From assembly GCA_051362555.1 (NCBI GenBank), contig CM120641.1, positions 11,656,001 to 11,720,000 on the forward strand: DNA of 64,000 bases, given 5' to 3'. Origin of the DNA: Lingula anatina (Eukaryota; Animalia; Brachiopoda). The notes under the pieces are model-generated. The model made no database searches. It saw only the letters and a list, made by a program, of their open reading frames with translations, and was not told the DNA's origin. Positions 39,546 through 51,414 of the stretch are shown piece after piece (position 1 is the stretch's first letter; every line of letters begins with the position of its first letter). The position numbers were made by a program, and so were the translations under genes.

Positions 39546-40195
39546 TAGGAAACTTAAGACTTGTAACTGCTCTCGCGCCTTGTCACTCCCTCCGCATTTG
39601 GTTCCTACGTATACAGTATAATGTGCTTACTCGGAATTTGCAGGCAAAACGGCATAACCGACCAGGATGTTTTTTCCTATCAAATTTATTATTATTTAAA
39701 AAAATGTTTAACAACGCATTGTTAAATCTTGGTCTCCTTTTCATATTCATGTTTTTTTTAAACATATTTCCGGAAGTAGGCCTATATCCTACATGTAGGG
39801 CCTACATGTAGATCCACCGCTGATCAATATTGCAGTGCGCTGCTGTGCTTACACGGTGGTAAAAAATCGGATTGAAATCTATGGACACCCCAACAGCTTA
39901 TTAATGTCATCGTCTTTTAATAAAAAAAATCTCGCAGTCGGCTTTCGTCGAGTTGGAGATTACAATTTTTGAAATACGGTATTTGCCGTAACTTATCGGT
40001 CAAAACAGGGTTTCGCAATGCATTTTATAGTATAGGCCTACAGTAATTGACTTTGACAGAGGACGATATGTTGTTTTGCAGACCTTAGAAAAGTGACATT
40101 GACCGAGGCGCAGAAAAAGTTGATATCAGTTTTCAGCAACTTTTCTGACATAAAAGAAACATTGATCTTAAGCAAACGTCTTTATATGCTAGCTG

Positions 40196-40239
<44 letters not shown>

Positions 40240-40917
40240 CATTGGTCAAAATGGTTGTCAAGTGCTCGAGAGTTTGGATTCTTGATCCTGTTAAAGGTTT
40301 TAGGTTTCTTGCTTCCACTATAATTCTTAACCATTTGACATTGCAAATGCCAAGTATGACCACATGTCAACGGGTGTGGCAGCTACAAAGTAAATGTAAA
40401 CATGTTGGTATTTGGGATATAAAAACATGTTACTAACTTTGGCTGTAGCGGGGGGAAACCCCGCGTAGGTGTACTGTAAGCTGGTGACAAACCTCGTCAC
40501 TAGCAATATAATCAAAATTGCTTTGGAAAATCCCAGTGTCACATGACACGGCAGATGGCTGGAAAAGCCTTGTGTACTTCTACAGTGTAGCTTTCACATC
40601 TAGTTGTTAACTATCATAAGCATATTGTATAAGGAAATGGACTAGACTGTAGACAATGGAAAATACACACACGTTTTGTACTAGTAGGCCCCCCACTATA
40701 TCATGTAGAATTTCTGTTTATTTGAGAATAACATAATTCTGTTAATATGTGTATTTTCCTGGTAACGAATGACTTTTTACAGCACTATAGCTAGTTACTC
40801 GATTTTAAATATTATAAAAACCCATTTCACTAGATAAAACATCGCATATATCTCATCGTATTTTTGTGAGTACGTTACAACTGAATGAGCTCAGATGGTG
40901 GAAAGATACACAATTTC

Positions 40918-42874
40918 TTAAATGCTGCTAAGGTATTTGTGAACCAGGACATCAAAATCTTGCTGGCTCGGTATTTCCTTCTCAAGGGCTTTGGCAGTAC
41001 GTTGCAATAACTCGGTTATCTCAGTCCCCCTGTCACTAGCCACTATGGCAGCAGCCTCAACAAGGCCCCAGATATCAAAAGGCAAAAACACCAGTGGAAT
41101 GATTCCACCGACAGAATCTAAAACATTTCTCGGGACCTGGATACCTATTGCCCGTAAAAACAGATCGAGCAAATCTTCCCCGCCTGACGTGGCAACTGAA
41201 CGTCCAGTTTTGGTAATTGACCGAGTGCTCACTGCGGTCAGTTCCCCAGCCAGTTTCTGTGCTGTGATGATTGGTTTATACAAGAGATTAGAACCCACAA
41301 GGAATCCAATTTTACCCGCGTGGTGCATTGTAGATAATATTATACCTTTTCTGGGGACGTTGTGCATCTTGAATTGCTGTTTGATTTTCATAAGATCCTG
41401 TCTGCCTATGTGTTTTATAGTCTCAAACAGAATCAATATGTCACGTAATGCATTGTGATCTTTTTGTAAAACTTCATTGGCCTCCGCTTGCGCTGATGCT
41501 GAGAGAACAGAGCGAGCGATGGTGCTGCCACTCACAGTTATCCCACCACCTGCTCCTAATGCGGAACTGGCCGCTAATAAAATGAGAGACAACCCCGAGG
41601 TAAAGAATGAAGCGGCAAACCCTGCAGCGCCGAGTACTGCGGCAAATATTGAAGTGGAATGACCCGTGATTGTGGCGACACTAATGCTTTGATTGTGAAG
41701 GTGCAAATCGTCTGAGATGTCTCGTAGTTTTTGTATTGTAGCTGTCCTGCACGCTTTCCAAACACCGAACGTAAAATGTAGTCTTTCTACGAAGGAAGCT
41801 GGATTGGCAATGCACCTATAAATGTAAACGGGTTTGATCAGTCACATTCAGTGAACAAATGTATTCGCAGATTACCTTTCAGCAATTGTTTTTCTTCGGC
41901 GTAAATTATGTTGGATTGATATTTTTTCAGAGGTATGACGCACGTACGTCTAAGTCAGAAGTAAATTGTTTTAACTTGAGCTTATTGCAATATCCTTTTC
42001 GATCTTTCAATGAATCTTGAGGATATTACATGCAGTATCGTTCTCTTGTCACACCAAGCTGATGCAGGAGAATTCAGTCAAGTGTTTTGTGGGTTGTTTA
42101 CAAAAGTGCACTTTGCGTCCAATTCTCTACTAGCAGTGTATCTCACTCAAAATAATTAGAATCCCACTGACGTAGTTTATAACAATATGTGTTAATAAGC
42201 ATTCATGATAAATGTCAGATAGCTCAATGGACACGATACAATCCAAACAGCTAGGTTTACTTACAGTGTACTTACATCAAGCGTTCTCTTACGCAGAGAC
42301 GCACGCTCCACCAACCGAGATTCCTACGCGGATTCTCGCTGACTGTCATATCAACTGCGAAGGGACAGTCACCACTGGCTGCTATGGGATTCACGTTGCA
42401 ATTTTCGTCCGTTTGGCGACGGTACTCCAAAGCATTATCCTCTCTAAACACTTCTCTTGCACGAATTTGGCCATTTGGGTCTATTATTTCTACGACATAG
42501 AATGCATTTTTCTTGTAATAGGCGGCACATAATTGCAGACGAAAAACCCAACCGGGATGACCATCGTGTGAAGCACTCTGCACAGCAGTACTAGTGCTTT
42601 CATTCTCCATCTGTAACGATCTGTTCTCCGCTGCGTTGCTTTGGTACTGCTGAACGGCATATTGAATATTTCTTACATGTGCCCCATAGCTTGCATCTTG
42701 ACAACCATGACTTTCTATGGCCTGTTGGACTACTGTGCCTGGCAGTATGGAGGCAGTAACAGTAGGTGACACGCCTGTTCTGCGGTCGATAGTATGAGAA
42801 TCGCGTAAATGCAGTTCGTGTGGCGTTTCATTTTCGATTTCTACAGTAAATCCTGAAGTATGTCCAAGACCCAT
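40918..42874 (-). CDS. Myristoylation motif + actinoporin-like beta-domain + apolipoprotein-L fusion protein, copy A, 498 aa; exons 42874-42276 and 41815-40918
   Basis: Exon 1 ends TTG AT|GTAAGT and the acceptor tttacatttatag|G gives an in-frame ATG with no stops. Exon 2 has APOL motifs (IQKLRDISDDL..VATITG..FFTSGLSL..LGAGGG; VFLPFDIWGLV..TEITELLQRTAKALE). Confidence 0.8.
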
Positions 42875-42949
42875 TTCTCATCAGTCGTGCTCAGGTTTCC
42901 AAACACCATCCCGACTAAATCTAACTTAAACGTGGGTCGCGTATTCAGA

Positions 42950-43240
42950 TCTTTATATACTGTCACCAAAAATACCAGATTAGGTAGAAGTAAAGTGAAA
43001 TTATCCTACAAATCTTAGTAATTTATTGTGACTCGATAGAGAAGCTGATGACACGCCGCTTCTCACAAAGCGAGGCAAATTACACCTACGCAGGTTTTTC
43101 CCACAGAATCATACAATGGGGAAAACAGCTATATTGCGACACACACCTGGTTACGTTGGAAATAGCGATCAGCTTTGTTCTGGCATAAATTTGGAAAATC
43201 CCAGTGTCACATTACATGGCAGATGTCTGGAAAAACCAGT
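42950..43240 (-). promoter_or_regulatory. Promoter of APOL-fusion copy A: TATA box, IRF-like element, kB-like sites
   Basis: TATATAAAG on the minus strand at about 42951-42959; GAAGTAAAGTGAAA at 42987-43000; GGGATTTTCC at 43193-43202 (minus); further GGAAAAAC-type sites. Confidence 0.6.
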
Positions 43241-43353
43241 TTCTAGGAGCTTAAATAACAGTAAAGATTGCGCCGTGCTTGTCTCATAATCATGGTTATG
43301 GAGACTGTGAGATAAATCATTTCCAGTAGAAAGTAAGTGATCGACCTGTGAGT

Positions 43354-43384
<31 letters not shown>

Positions 43385-45502
43385 GACGGGGGGGGGGGTA
43401 TATACAATGAAGGTCGTTCCATTGTTATGTACAGGCACAGGTGTCTCTGTATATATCGTCGCTGTGATATTTTTGTTGTAACTCAGAACGCTAACGCACT
43501 GCTTACGTGCATAGGCCTACACACTGACTTTATTTCACGACACGTGGATACTTAATAGTAGGCATACACGTCGTGATCACATGCCACACATGAATATTTA
43601 TGAGGATACTATACAGTCACCTGCGTCTGTCGTCACCGGTGCCGTGCACTTTCATTGAGAGAGAGAGATAGAGAGAGAGGTGGGGTACCGTAGGAAATTT
43701 ATGTCTTGTTGTAACTGCTCTCGTGCCTTGTCTCTCTCTCCGCATTTGGTTCCAATATGTGCTTACTCGGAGTTTGCAGGCAAATTTTGAATGTTTTTTT
43801 TTTTTTTTTTTTTTACAAATCAATGTTAAATCTTTGTCTCCTTTTCATATTCATGTTTTTTCACATATTTCCGGACGTAGGCCTATGTCCTACATGTTGT
43901 ATCGAGACACACGTACCTGGTTACCATGGAGATGGGAAACCCCAGTGTCCCAATCGCAGTGCGCTGAGCTGTGCTTACACAGTGGTAAAAAAAATCGGAT
44001 TAAAGTATATGTACATTCCGATAGCTTGTTAATGGCATCTTCTTTTAATCAATGGTCTCGCAGTCGGCTTTCGTCGAGTTGGAGATTACAATGTTTGAAA
44101 TACATTGTTTGCCGTAACTTAACGGTCAAAACAGGATTTCGAACGCAATGCATTTTATAGTATACAATAATTGACTTTGATGAGGACGATAAGTTGTTTT
44201 GCAGACCCTAGAAAAGTGACCTTAGAAAAACTTGACATCACTTTCCAGCGATTTTTTTATATTAAAAAAACATTGATCGGAAGCAAACGTCTTTATACAC
44301 TAAGGCTGTCTGTAATTTTTTATTAGACATTGGTAACGTTGGTCAAAATGGTTGTCAAATGCTCGAGAGTTTGGATTCTTGATCTTGTTAAAGGTTTTAG
44401 GTTTCTTGCTTCCACTATAATTCTATTACCATTTGACATTGCATATGCCAAGTACATGTATGAGCACATGTCAACGGGTGTGGCGGCTACAAAGCAAATG
44501 CAAACATACTGGTATTCGGGGTATAAAAACATGTTACTGATTTTAGCTGTAGCTCGGGAAAAACCCGCGTAGGTGTAAGCTGGTGACAAACCACGTCACT
44601 AGCAATCAAAATCGCTTTGGAAAATCCCAGTGTCACATGACACGACAGATGGCTGGAAAACCCCCGTTTCTTTAATATAGCATTTTACGATTCTTGATCA
44701 GGGTTGACAGGTGTAAAAAATGCAAGAAAAATACGTTGTCTTGGAATCAATTATAGTATCAATTTATGCTTACTATCCCAAGTATCATGATGTATTGTGT
44801 TTATTAACCAGGAAATGTATACAATGGTATAAAAAAGATTATATTTAAATCTGAACTGCACACTTCTTATTCTTCAAATGTAGAGAAATAAAACCATGCG
44901 CACATTATGTTATTAAGTTTTCTTTGAAGTATATCCATTTAATACCATTTTATGTAACAAGTCCTTTAATTTTCTTATATATTCTGGACCATCGATAAAT
45001 ATGTAAGTGCAGAAGTGATCAAATGCGTATTAAAAAAAAAAGAAGTCCATAAACGCATTATTTAATTTGTGTTGACATTTAGAAGCAATAATGCATGTTT
45101 ATTTTGTCAAATGCTACAGGTATCAGTCAATACACATAATTCAAAGGGTGATAATTCTTTTTACAGTTTCACATTTTGAAATCTTTGTTAATTTAAGATT
45201 TATGTTATTCTCAAATAAACAGAAATTCTACATGATATACTAGTACAAAACATGTATGTGTATTTTCCATTGTCTACAGTCTAGTCCATTTCCGTATACA
45301 ATATATTTATGATACTTAAATAACACAAGGCCTACCTAAATACCCGGTAGCTGGTACCAGCTTTTTACAGCACTATAGCTAGTCACTCGATTATAAATAT
45401 TATAAAAACCAATTTCACTAGATAAAACATTGCATATATCATCGCATTTCTGTGAGTACGTTACAACTGAATGAGCTCTGATGGGGGGAAAGATATAATG
45501 TC

Positions 45503-47592
45503 CTAAATGCTGCTAAGGTACTTGTGAACCAGGACATCAAAATCTTGCTGGCTCGGTATTTCCTTCTCAAGGGCTTTGGCAGTACGTTGCAACAACTCGG
45601 TTATCTCAGTCCCCCTGTCACAAGCCACTATGGCTGCTGCTTCAACAAGGGCCCAGATATCAAAAGGCAAAAACACCAGTGGAATGATTCCACCGGCAGA
45701 ATCTAAAACATTTCTCGGGACCTGGATACCTATTGCCCGTAAAAACAGTTCGAGCAAATCTTCCCCGCCTGATGTGGCCACTGAACGTCCAGTTTTGGTA
45801 ATTGACCGAGTGCTCACTGCGGTCAGTTCCCCAGCCAGTTTCTGTGCTGTGATGATTGGTTTATACAAGAGATTAGAACCCACAAGGAATCCAATTTTAC
45901 CCGCGTGGTGCATTGTAGATAATATTATACCTTTTCTGGGGACGTTGTGCATCTTGAATTGCTGTTTGATTTTCATAAGATCCTGTCTGCCTATGTGTTT
46001 TATAGTCTCAAACAGAATCAATATGTCACGTAATGCATTGTGATCTTTTTGTAAAACTTCATTGGCCTCCGCTTGCGCTGATGCTGAGAGAACAGAGCGA
46101 GCGATGGTGCTGCCACTCACAGTTATCCCGCCACCTGCTCCTAATGCGGAACTGGCCGCTAATAAAATGAGAGACAACCCCGAGGTAAAGAATGAAGCGG
46201 CAAACCCTGCAGCGCCGAGTACTGCGGCAAATATTGAAGTGGAATGACCCGTGATTGTGGCGACACTAATGCTTTGATTATGAAGGTGCAAATCTTCGGA
46301 GATTTCTCGTAGTTTTCGTACTGTAGCTGTCCTGCACGCTTTCCAAACACTGAACGTAAAATGTAGTCTTTCGACGAAGGAAGCTGCGTTGGCAGTGCAC
46401 CTATAAATGTAAACGGGTTTGACCAGTCGCATTCAAAGTACAATTGTATTCGCGGCAATCATTTTTCTTCACGTCTCATCCTGATTTAAAATTGTTTTAT
46501 CATAAGCTCATTGCAAGAACCTTTTTCGGTCTTTCAATGAGTCTTGAAGATTTTACATGTAGCCTAGTTCTCTTGTCAAACCAGGGGCGTCGCGATAGTC
46601 CGAAGGTTCATTGGTCCGAAAAATAGTAAAATTTTCATCAGTGTTGTAATCAAGGGTTCATTGGTCCGAAGGTTCTATATAGTGAAAGTTCTAGAGTGAA
46701 CATTCGGACCCATGAACCTTCGGACTATTGTTACGGCCCCGTCACACCAACCTGGTCCAGGAGAAAAAAAGTTGAGTGTTTTGTGGGTTATTTACAAAAA
46801 TTCACTATGCGTCCAACTCGATCTCTGCTACATGTAGTAGGGTATATTAGAATCGCACTGACGTATGTTATAACGATTTCTATAAATAAGCATTCATGGT
46901 AAATGTCAGATAGTCCAATGAACACGTTACAATCCAAACAGCCAAGTATACTTACAGCGTACTTACATCAAGCGTTCTCTAAAGCATAGACGTACGCTCC
47001 ACCAACCGAGATTCCTACGCGGATTCTCGCTGACTGTCATATCAACTGCGAAGGGACAGTCACCACTGGCTGCAATGGGATTCACGGTGCAATTTTCTTC
47101 TTCTTTGCGACGATGTTTCAAAGCTTTTTCCTCTCTGAACACTTCTCTTGCACGAACTTTCCCACCTTGGTCTGTTATTTCCACGACGTAGAATGCATTT
47201 TTCTTGTAATAGGCGGCACACAATTCTAGACGAAAAGCCCAACCGGAATGACCATCATGTGAAGCACTCTGCACAGCATTACTAGTGCTTTCACTCTCCA
47301 TCTGTAACGATTTGTTCTCTGCTGTGGTGCTTTGGTACTGCTGGACGATGTATTGAATTTTTTCCACATGTGTCCCAAAGCTTGCATCTCGACGTCCATG
47401 ACTTTCTATGGCTTGTTGGACTACTGTGCCGGGCAGTATGGAGGCAGTAAGCTTAGATAGCACACCTCTTACTTGTCTTATTTGTTTTTTTGTTTTTTCT
47501 TTATCAGAAGGATCTGGTTGGTATAAATGCAATTCGTGTGGCGTTTCATTTTCAATTTCTACAGTAAATCCTGAAGTATGTCCAAGACCCAT
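45503..47592 (-). CDS. Myristoylation motif + actinoporin-like beta-domain + apolipoprotein-L fusion protein, copy B, 507 aa; exons 47592-46967 and 46400-45503
   Basis: Same phase-2 intron with conserved donor and acceptor; 626+898 nt open frame. Confidence 0.8.
46583..46740. mobile_element. Mutator-type MITE in the intron of APOL-fusion copy B
   Basis: TIRs gggg..atagtccgaagg / ccttcggactat..gcccc; imperfect 9-bp TSD gtcaaacca/gtcacacca. The empty site gtcacacca is present once in copy A. Confidence 0.8.
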
Positions 47593-47664
47593 TTTTCTTC
47601 AGTCTTGCTCAGGTCTCCAATCACAAGCCCGACAAAATCTAACTTGAACGTGGTTCGCGCATTC

Positions 47665-48000
47665 GGATTTTTATATACTGCCACAAAAAGACCAGATTAG
47701 GTAAACGTAAAGTGAAATTATCCTAAAGATCTAAGTAGTTTATTGTTACTCGATGGAAAAGCCGATGACACGCCGCTTCTCACAAAGCGAGGCAAATTGC
47801 CCCTACGCGGGTTTTTCCCACAGAGTCATACATTTGGGGGGGGGGGGGGGCGTACACTGTACATTTAGGTGTAATATGAGACAGAGTCTGTATTGCGACA
47901 TACACCTGAATAGGACGGAAATAGCGATCCGCTTTGTGCTGGCCTAAATTTGGAAAATCCCAGTGTCACATTTCATGGCAGAAGTCCGGAAAAACCCCGT
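47665..48000 (-). promoter_or_regulatory. Promoter of APOL-fusion copy B: TATA box, IRF-like element, three kB-like sites
   Basis: TATATAAAA on the minus strand at about 47669-47677; GTAAAGTGAAA at 47707-47717; GGGAAAAACCC at 47809-47819, GGGATTTTCC at 47952-47961 and GGGGTTTTTCC at 47988-47998 (all minus). Confidence 0.6.
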
Positions 48001-48706
48001 TTCTAGGAACAGTAAAGATCGCGCCCTGCTTGTCTTATAATCTGTCGCATTGTACGTATATCAGGTGCATATAAAGTTTTTTTTAAAAAAAAGAAAGAAA
48101 TGGAAAGCCCAGGTTTATGGAGACTCTGTGGGACCATTCCCAGACCCGTACTAACTGTAGATCGTTCTATCTCCGAGGGGATTCTCGCTCCCTTATAACT
48201 CCTTGGTCATGCTACATGTATCATATCACTACTTAAGGCTCGGTCACAACCGGACGCATGAATTTTAGGATCGCACGTCCCCCACGAATTTTGGGTACAT
48301 GGGAGACCGTTGAGTTCGTAGAGGTAGTAGTTTAAATGGAAAGGCGCAAGTCTTGACAGCATTTAAATGAAATTATTAGAAAGTAAATAATTCACCAGTT
48401 TTATCTTTTTTTTTTTTTTTTTTTTTTTTTTGCAATGGTAAACACCTTGCAATTTTCAACAAGGGCAGATATATTGCTTTAACTTTCCATTATTACATAT
48501 TTTCTGTTTTCCAAATGTAAAGAGATATAAGTAGCCAATCTGGATAAACCAAGTTCTACCTACCTACTGATCACAATTTTGGTTGTTGCCCAGGTAAAAA
48601 TGTTTGAATTCATTTTGATACATCAATAGTAAAATTGGTTGAATATGTGGAAATACATAAGACTTTGCAACCAAGATTTTATATCATATTTTAAATGATC
48701 AGTAAC

Positions 48707-48978
48707 ATTCTGCCACTCTTTTCTGAGGACACTGGTTGTCTTTGTACGACCAGCACGGCGCACTCTAAGGAAAAGGCGATTCTGTCTTCTTGGTGTGATA
48801 CGCGGACACCCTGGTCGAGGTATTGGAGTAGGTGCCTTTTTTGTAGCATTTCTTTGGAGGACTTTACTAACGGTTCCTGATAAATGTTGCATTGCCTGTC
48901 AATGGCTGTCCGTTTCTGTCCATTTTCTCTGAGAGCAAGAATCCCATAGAAAGCTGCGTTGCTTAGCAGTCGAACCAT
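48707..48978 (-). pseudogene. Truncated, frameshifted Tc1-like transposase N-terminal DNA-binding domain
   Basis: ILALRENGQKRTAIDRQCN / GTVSKVLQR..PRPGCPRITPRRQNRLFLR..RTKTTSVLRKEW fits the Tc1 HTH1, GRPR-like linker and HTH2 layout across two frames. Confidence 0.7.
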
Positions 48979-49355
48979 ATCTTCTCTAAGGTACCTGTCA
49001 AGTTTCAGAGCTACCCTTCATAGCTTCTCTAACTACACCCAAAAGATTGGCCAAACCCATGCGTTTTTATACAAGGGCAGAAATTGCCGAAAAGACTACC
49101 CCTCACATTTCTGACCACAGAACATGCAACTGCATGCATTAATTGTTTTGAGAGTTGTGTGGTAATTAGGTAACACACCAGGCTACACATGGAGTGACAC
49201 TTCAGTTTGAGATTTAAAGTAGTTAGAGAGAAAATAAATATTTTGTAGAAAATTAACTCGCCAAAAAATAATATTCCATATTAAGTAGTAACCCTGTATG
49301 TGTTATTTATAAACTGAAATAAAACTGTGTGTGTGCCCATGGAAACGTTTTTGTT

Positions 49356-49658
49356 CAGGGGCGGATCCAGGATTATTTAAAAGGGGGATCCGGTATTTAC
49401 GAATGACAGGTCGCGGATGGGGATCCAACCCTCGCCCCCCCCCCCCCCCCCCCCCCCCCCCTTTGGCCTGGAGCGCGCCCCGAAAAATAATTGGTATTTT
49501 ATTTTCAAAGGCGAACGGTGCCATTTGGTACGCTTTAGAACTATGATTCATGTGGTCAAAAATCTAATTTAAAGAGGGGACCATTGGTGTGGTTTTTGTC
49601 AGAAATCGGAAGGGGGGTCAGGAGCCCCTTGAACCCCTCCCCCCTAAATCCGCCACCG
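49356..49658. mobile_element. MITE with CAGGGGCGGAT-type TIRs
   Basis: caggggcggatcc ... aaatccgccaccg; related to 8988-9251. Confidence 0.65.
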
Positions 49659-50559
49659 TGTTTGTTCCTTGCCTATTTGGGCACATTTAAATATTAAAAT
49701 GTGTTTTTTGATATTGCTAAGAGTTTCTTAATTTCTGTGTCGCACCTCGATTTGATGTTAACGTGAACCCGGGGTATTTAAATTGGTAGGCCTATACTTT
49801 TTTTTTCTTCTCACCTTTGCAGCTAATAAACTGATAATGATTATAGATCTAGTCTATCGTTAAAATTCGCAATGCGCTAGTTGAGAACAAAATCGCCAAA
49901 CAAACTGCGCACGCGCATGATGCCGGATGTTACCCTCAGTGGCTTTACCTTCTTCAGTCGTGCAATAACTAACGTGGCACAAAATGATAAGCTGACATAT
50001 TTCGATCTGCAGACGGTACAAACAACACAACACCAGGTAGGGATCTTGATTGATTTCAATTTTGATTTGATAATTTTTCAGAAATGTGCGACATATTTCG
50101 TATGTAAACCAACAATCCCCTACAGGCTACAGGGTACCCTTGCAAAAGTTGCATTAGAGTAACTACAACCAGTAACCACTACTCGCACATTGTCATTGTT
50201 AACTTGATGTGGGTGTCACAAAATTTGGTAACCTTATGTAGTTGGATACAGGTCATACCTCCAGGAAACCTAATCCAATATGGCATTTGTTTTTCATACA
50301 AAAGAGTGATAAATACTAGACCTATATCTCTTGTCTTAGTCTTATTCTTTGATTATACAATATAATCATTACGAATTACGATTATTTATGTGAGAGCCAT
50401 ATCATGTTTAAAAGGTGTTAAATAAAATTAAATGAAAATTAGGTGAGAAAGATTTTTTTATTCTTTCTAATATTTTTATGATGGCACTTTTTGATAATAG
50501 TTATGATACCCTTTTAGCCTTAATTGAGCCTGAAATAAGAATCAGTTTGGGAACAGAAG

Positions 50560-51414
50560 CAGGGGCGTAACCAGACCTTTAAAAATTGTACGCACAGATT
50601 TGTAAAATTCCCAGCAAAATGTAGACTAACGCAAGAGATGAAGGACAGCGTAATTACAGCATATGTGCCACACATCGCAGCTTAATTTCCATTAATAATA
50701 AAATCATCATTTAGTCAGAAATATTCTCGCAATTAAAAAAAGTTTCAATATTCTTATTACCCAGAACGGTATATTTATTTAAAAGGAGGCTAGCTTCGCA
50801 TATGTGGAACCCCCTTCCAATAATCCTGGATCCACCTCTGAGTTGAACTAACATACGGTTTCATTCACCTTACATGTGGATGCATGGCTCCCAAAAAAAA
50901 CCAATTGTACGACACGACAGAGCTCTGATACATCTAAGTTTAATTATTTGTTTGTAAAAATTGCCCATGTCACCCTGTTAGTTTGGAGGGGTAAGCTGGG
51001 TCAAAATCCTTTGAAGCTTTGCAGGAAAAATTTTTCCTTTGTTTCTCTAGCTCCTTCTGAAACCTGGTGTCCAGATTTTATCTAGTGCCCCCAGGGTTGT
51101 GGGAGCTGCTCTTTGAAAATAACACTCAGGTAAAGGAAGTTTCAGTTAGATGGACAATTAAGATAGGACTTGTTAAGGTTACAGGCATTGTTTACCTAAG
51201 TTTGCAAGACCGGGGGGGGGGGGGGGGGGGGGGTCAGAACAATTGTGCCTATACAATTGATACAGAGGATTTGTACATACAGGTGACTTTAATAAGCAGA
51301 AGATTTTCTTTTATATTCCGCGAAAAATACACTAAATTTATATAAAATAATATCATGGTTGGCCAAAAAATTGTACGCACAGTGCATCCGTGCGTATGCC
51401 TAGTTACGCCCATG
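50560..51414. mobile_element. MITE with 5-bp TSD AGAAG in the putative SEL1L 5' intron
   Basis: agaag|caggggcgtaac ... gttacgccccatg|agaag. Confidence 0.7.

Larger units (their letters stand above)
39507..48040. repeat. Tandem segmental duplication: unit A about 39507-43330, unit B about 43657-48040
   Basis: Both units begin with (GA)n-ggtgggg..taggaaa and align in order through the 3' flank, APOL exon, intron, exon 1 and promoter. Confidence 0.9.

Noticed and set aside
40918-41706. APOL copy A as a 5'-truncated pseudogene, or the ORF pairs as two-gene operon-like cassettes
   Set aside because: The frame is open up to the splice acceptor at 41815 and joins exon 1 in frame, exactly as in copy B; a single spliced gene is simpler.
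43723-44589. ORFs 43723-44160, 44323-44589 and 44330-44572
   Set aside because: The paralogous unit A sequence has indels that break these frames, and one runs through a poly-T tract.
40991-46247. Plus-strand ORFs 40991-41458, 41477-41662, 45576-46043 and 46062-46247
   Set aside because: Antisense shadows of the APOL exons.
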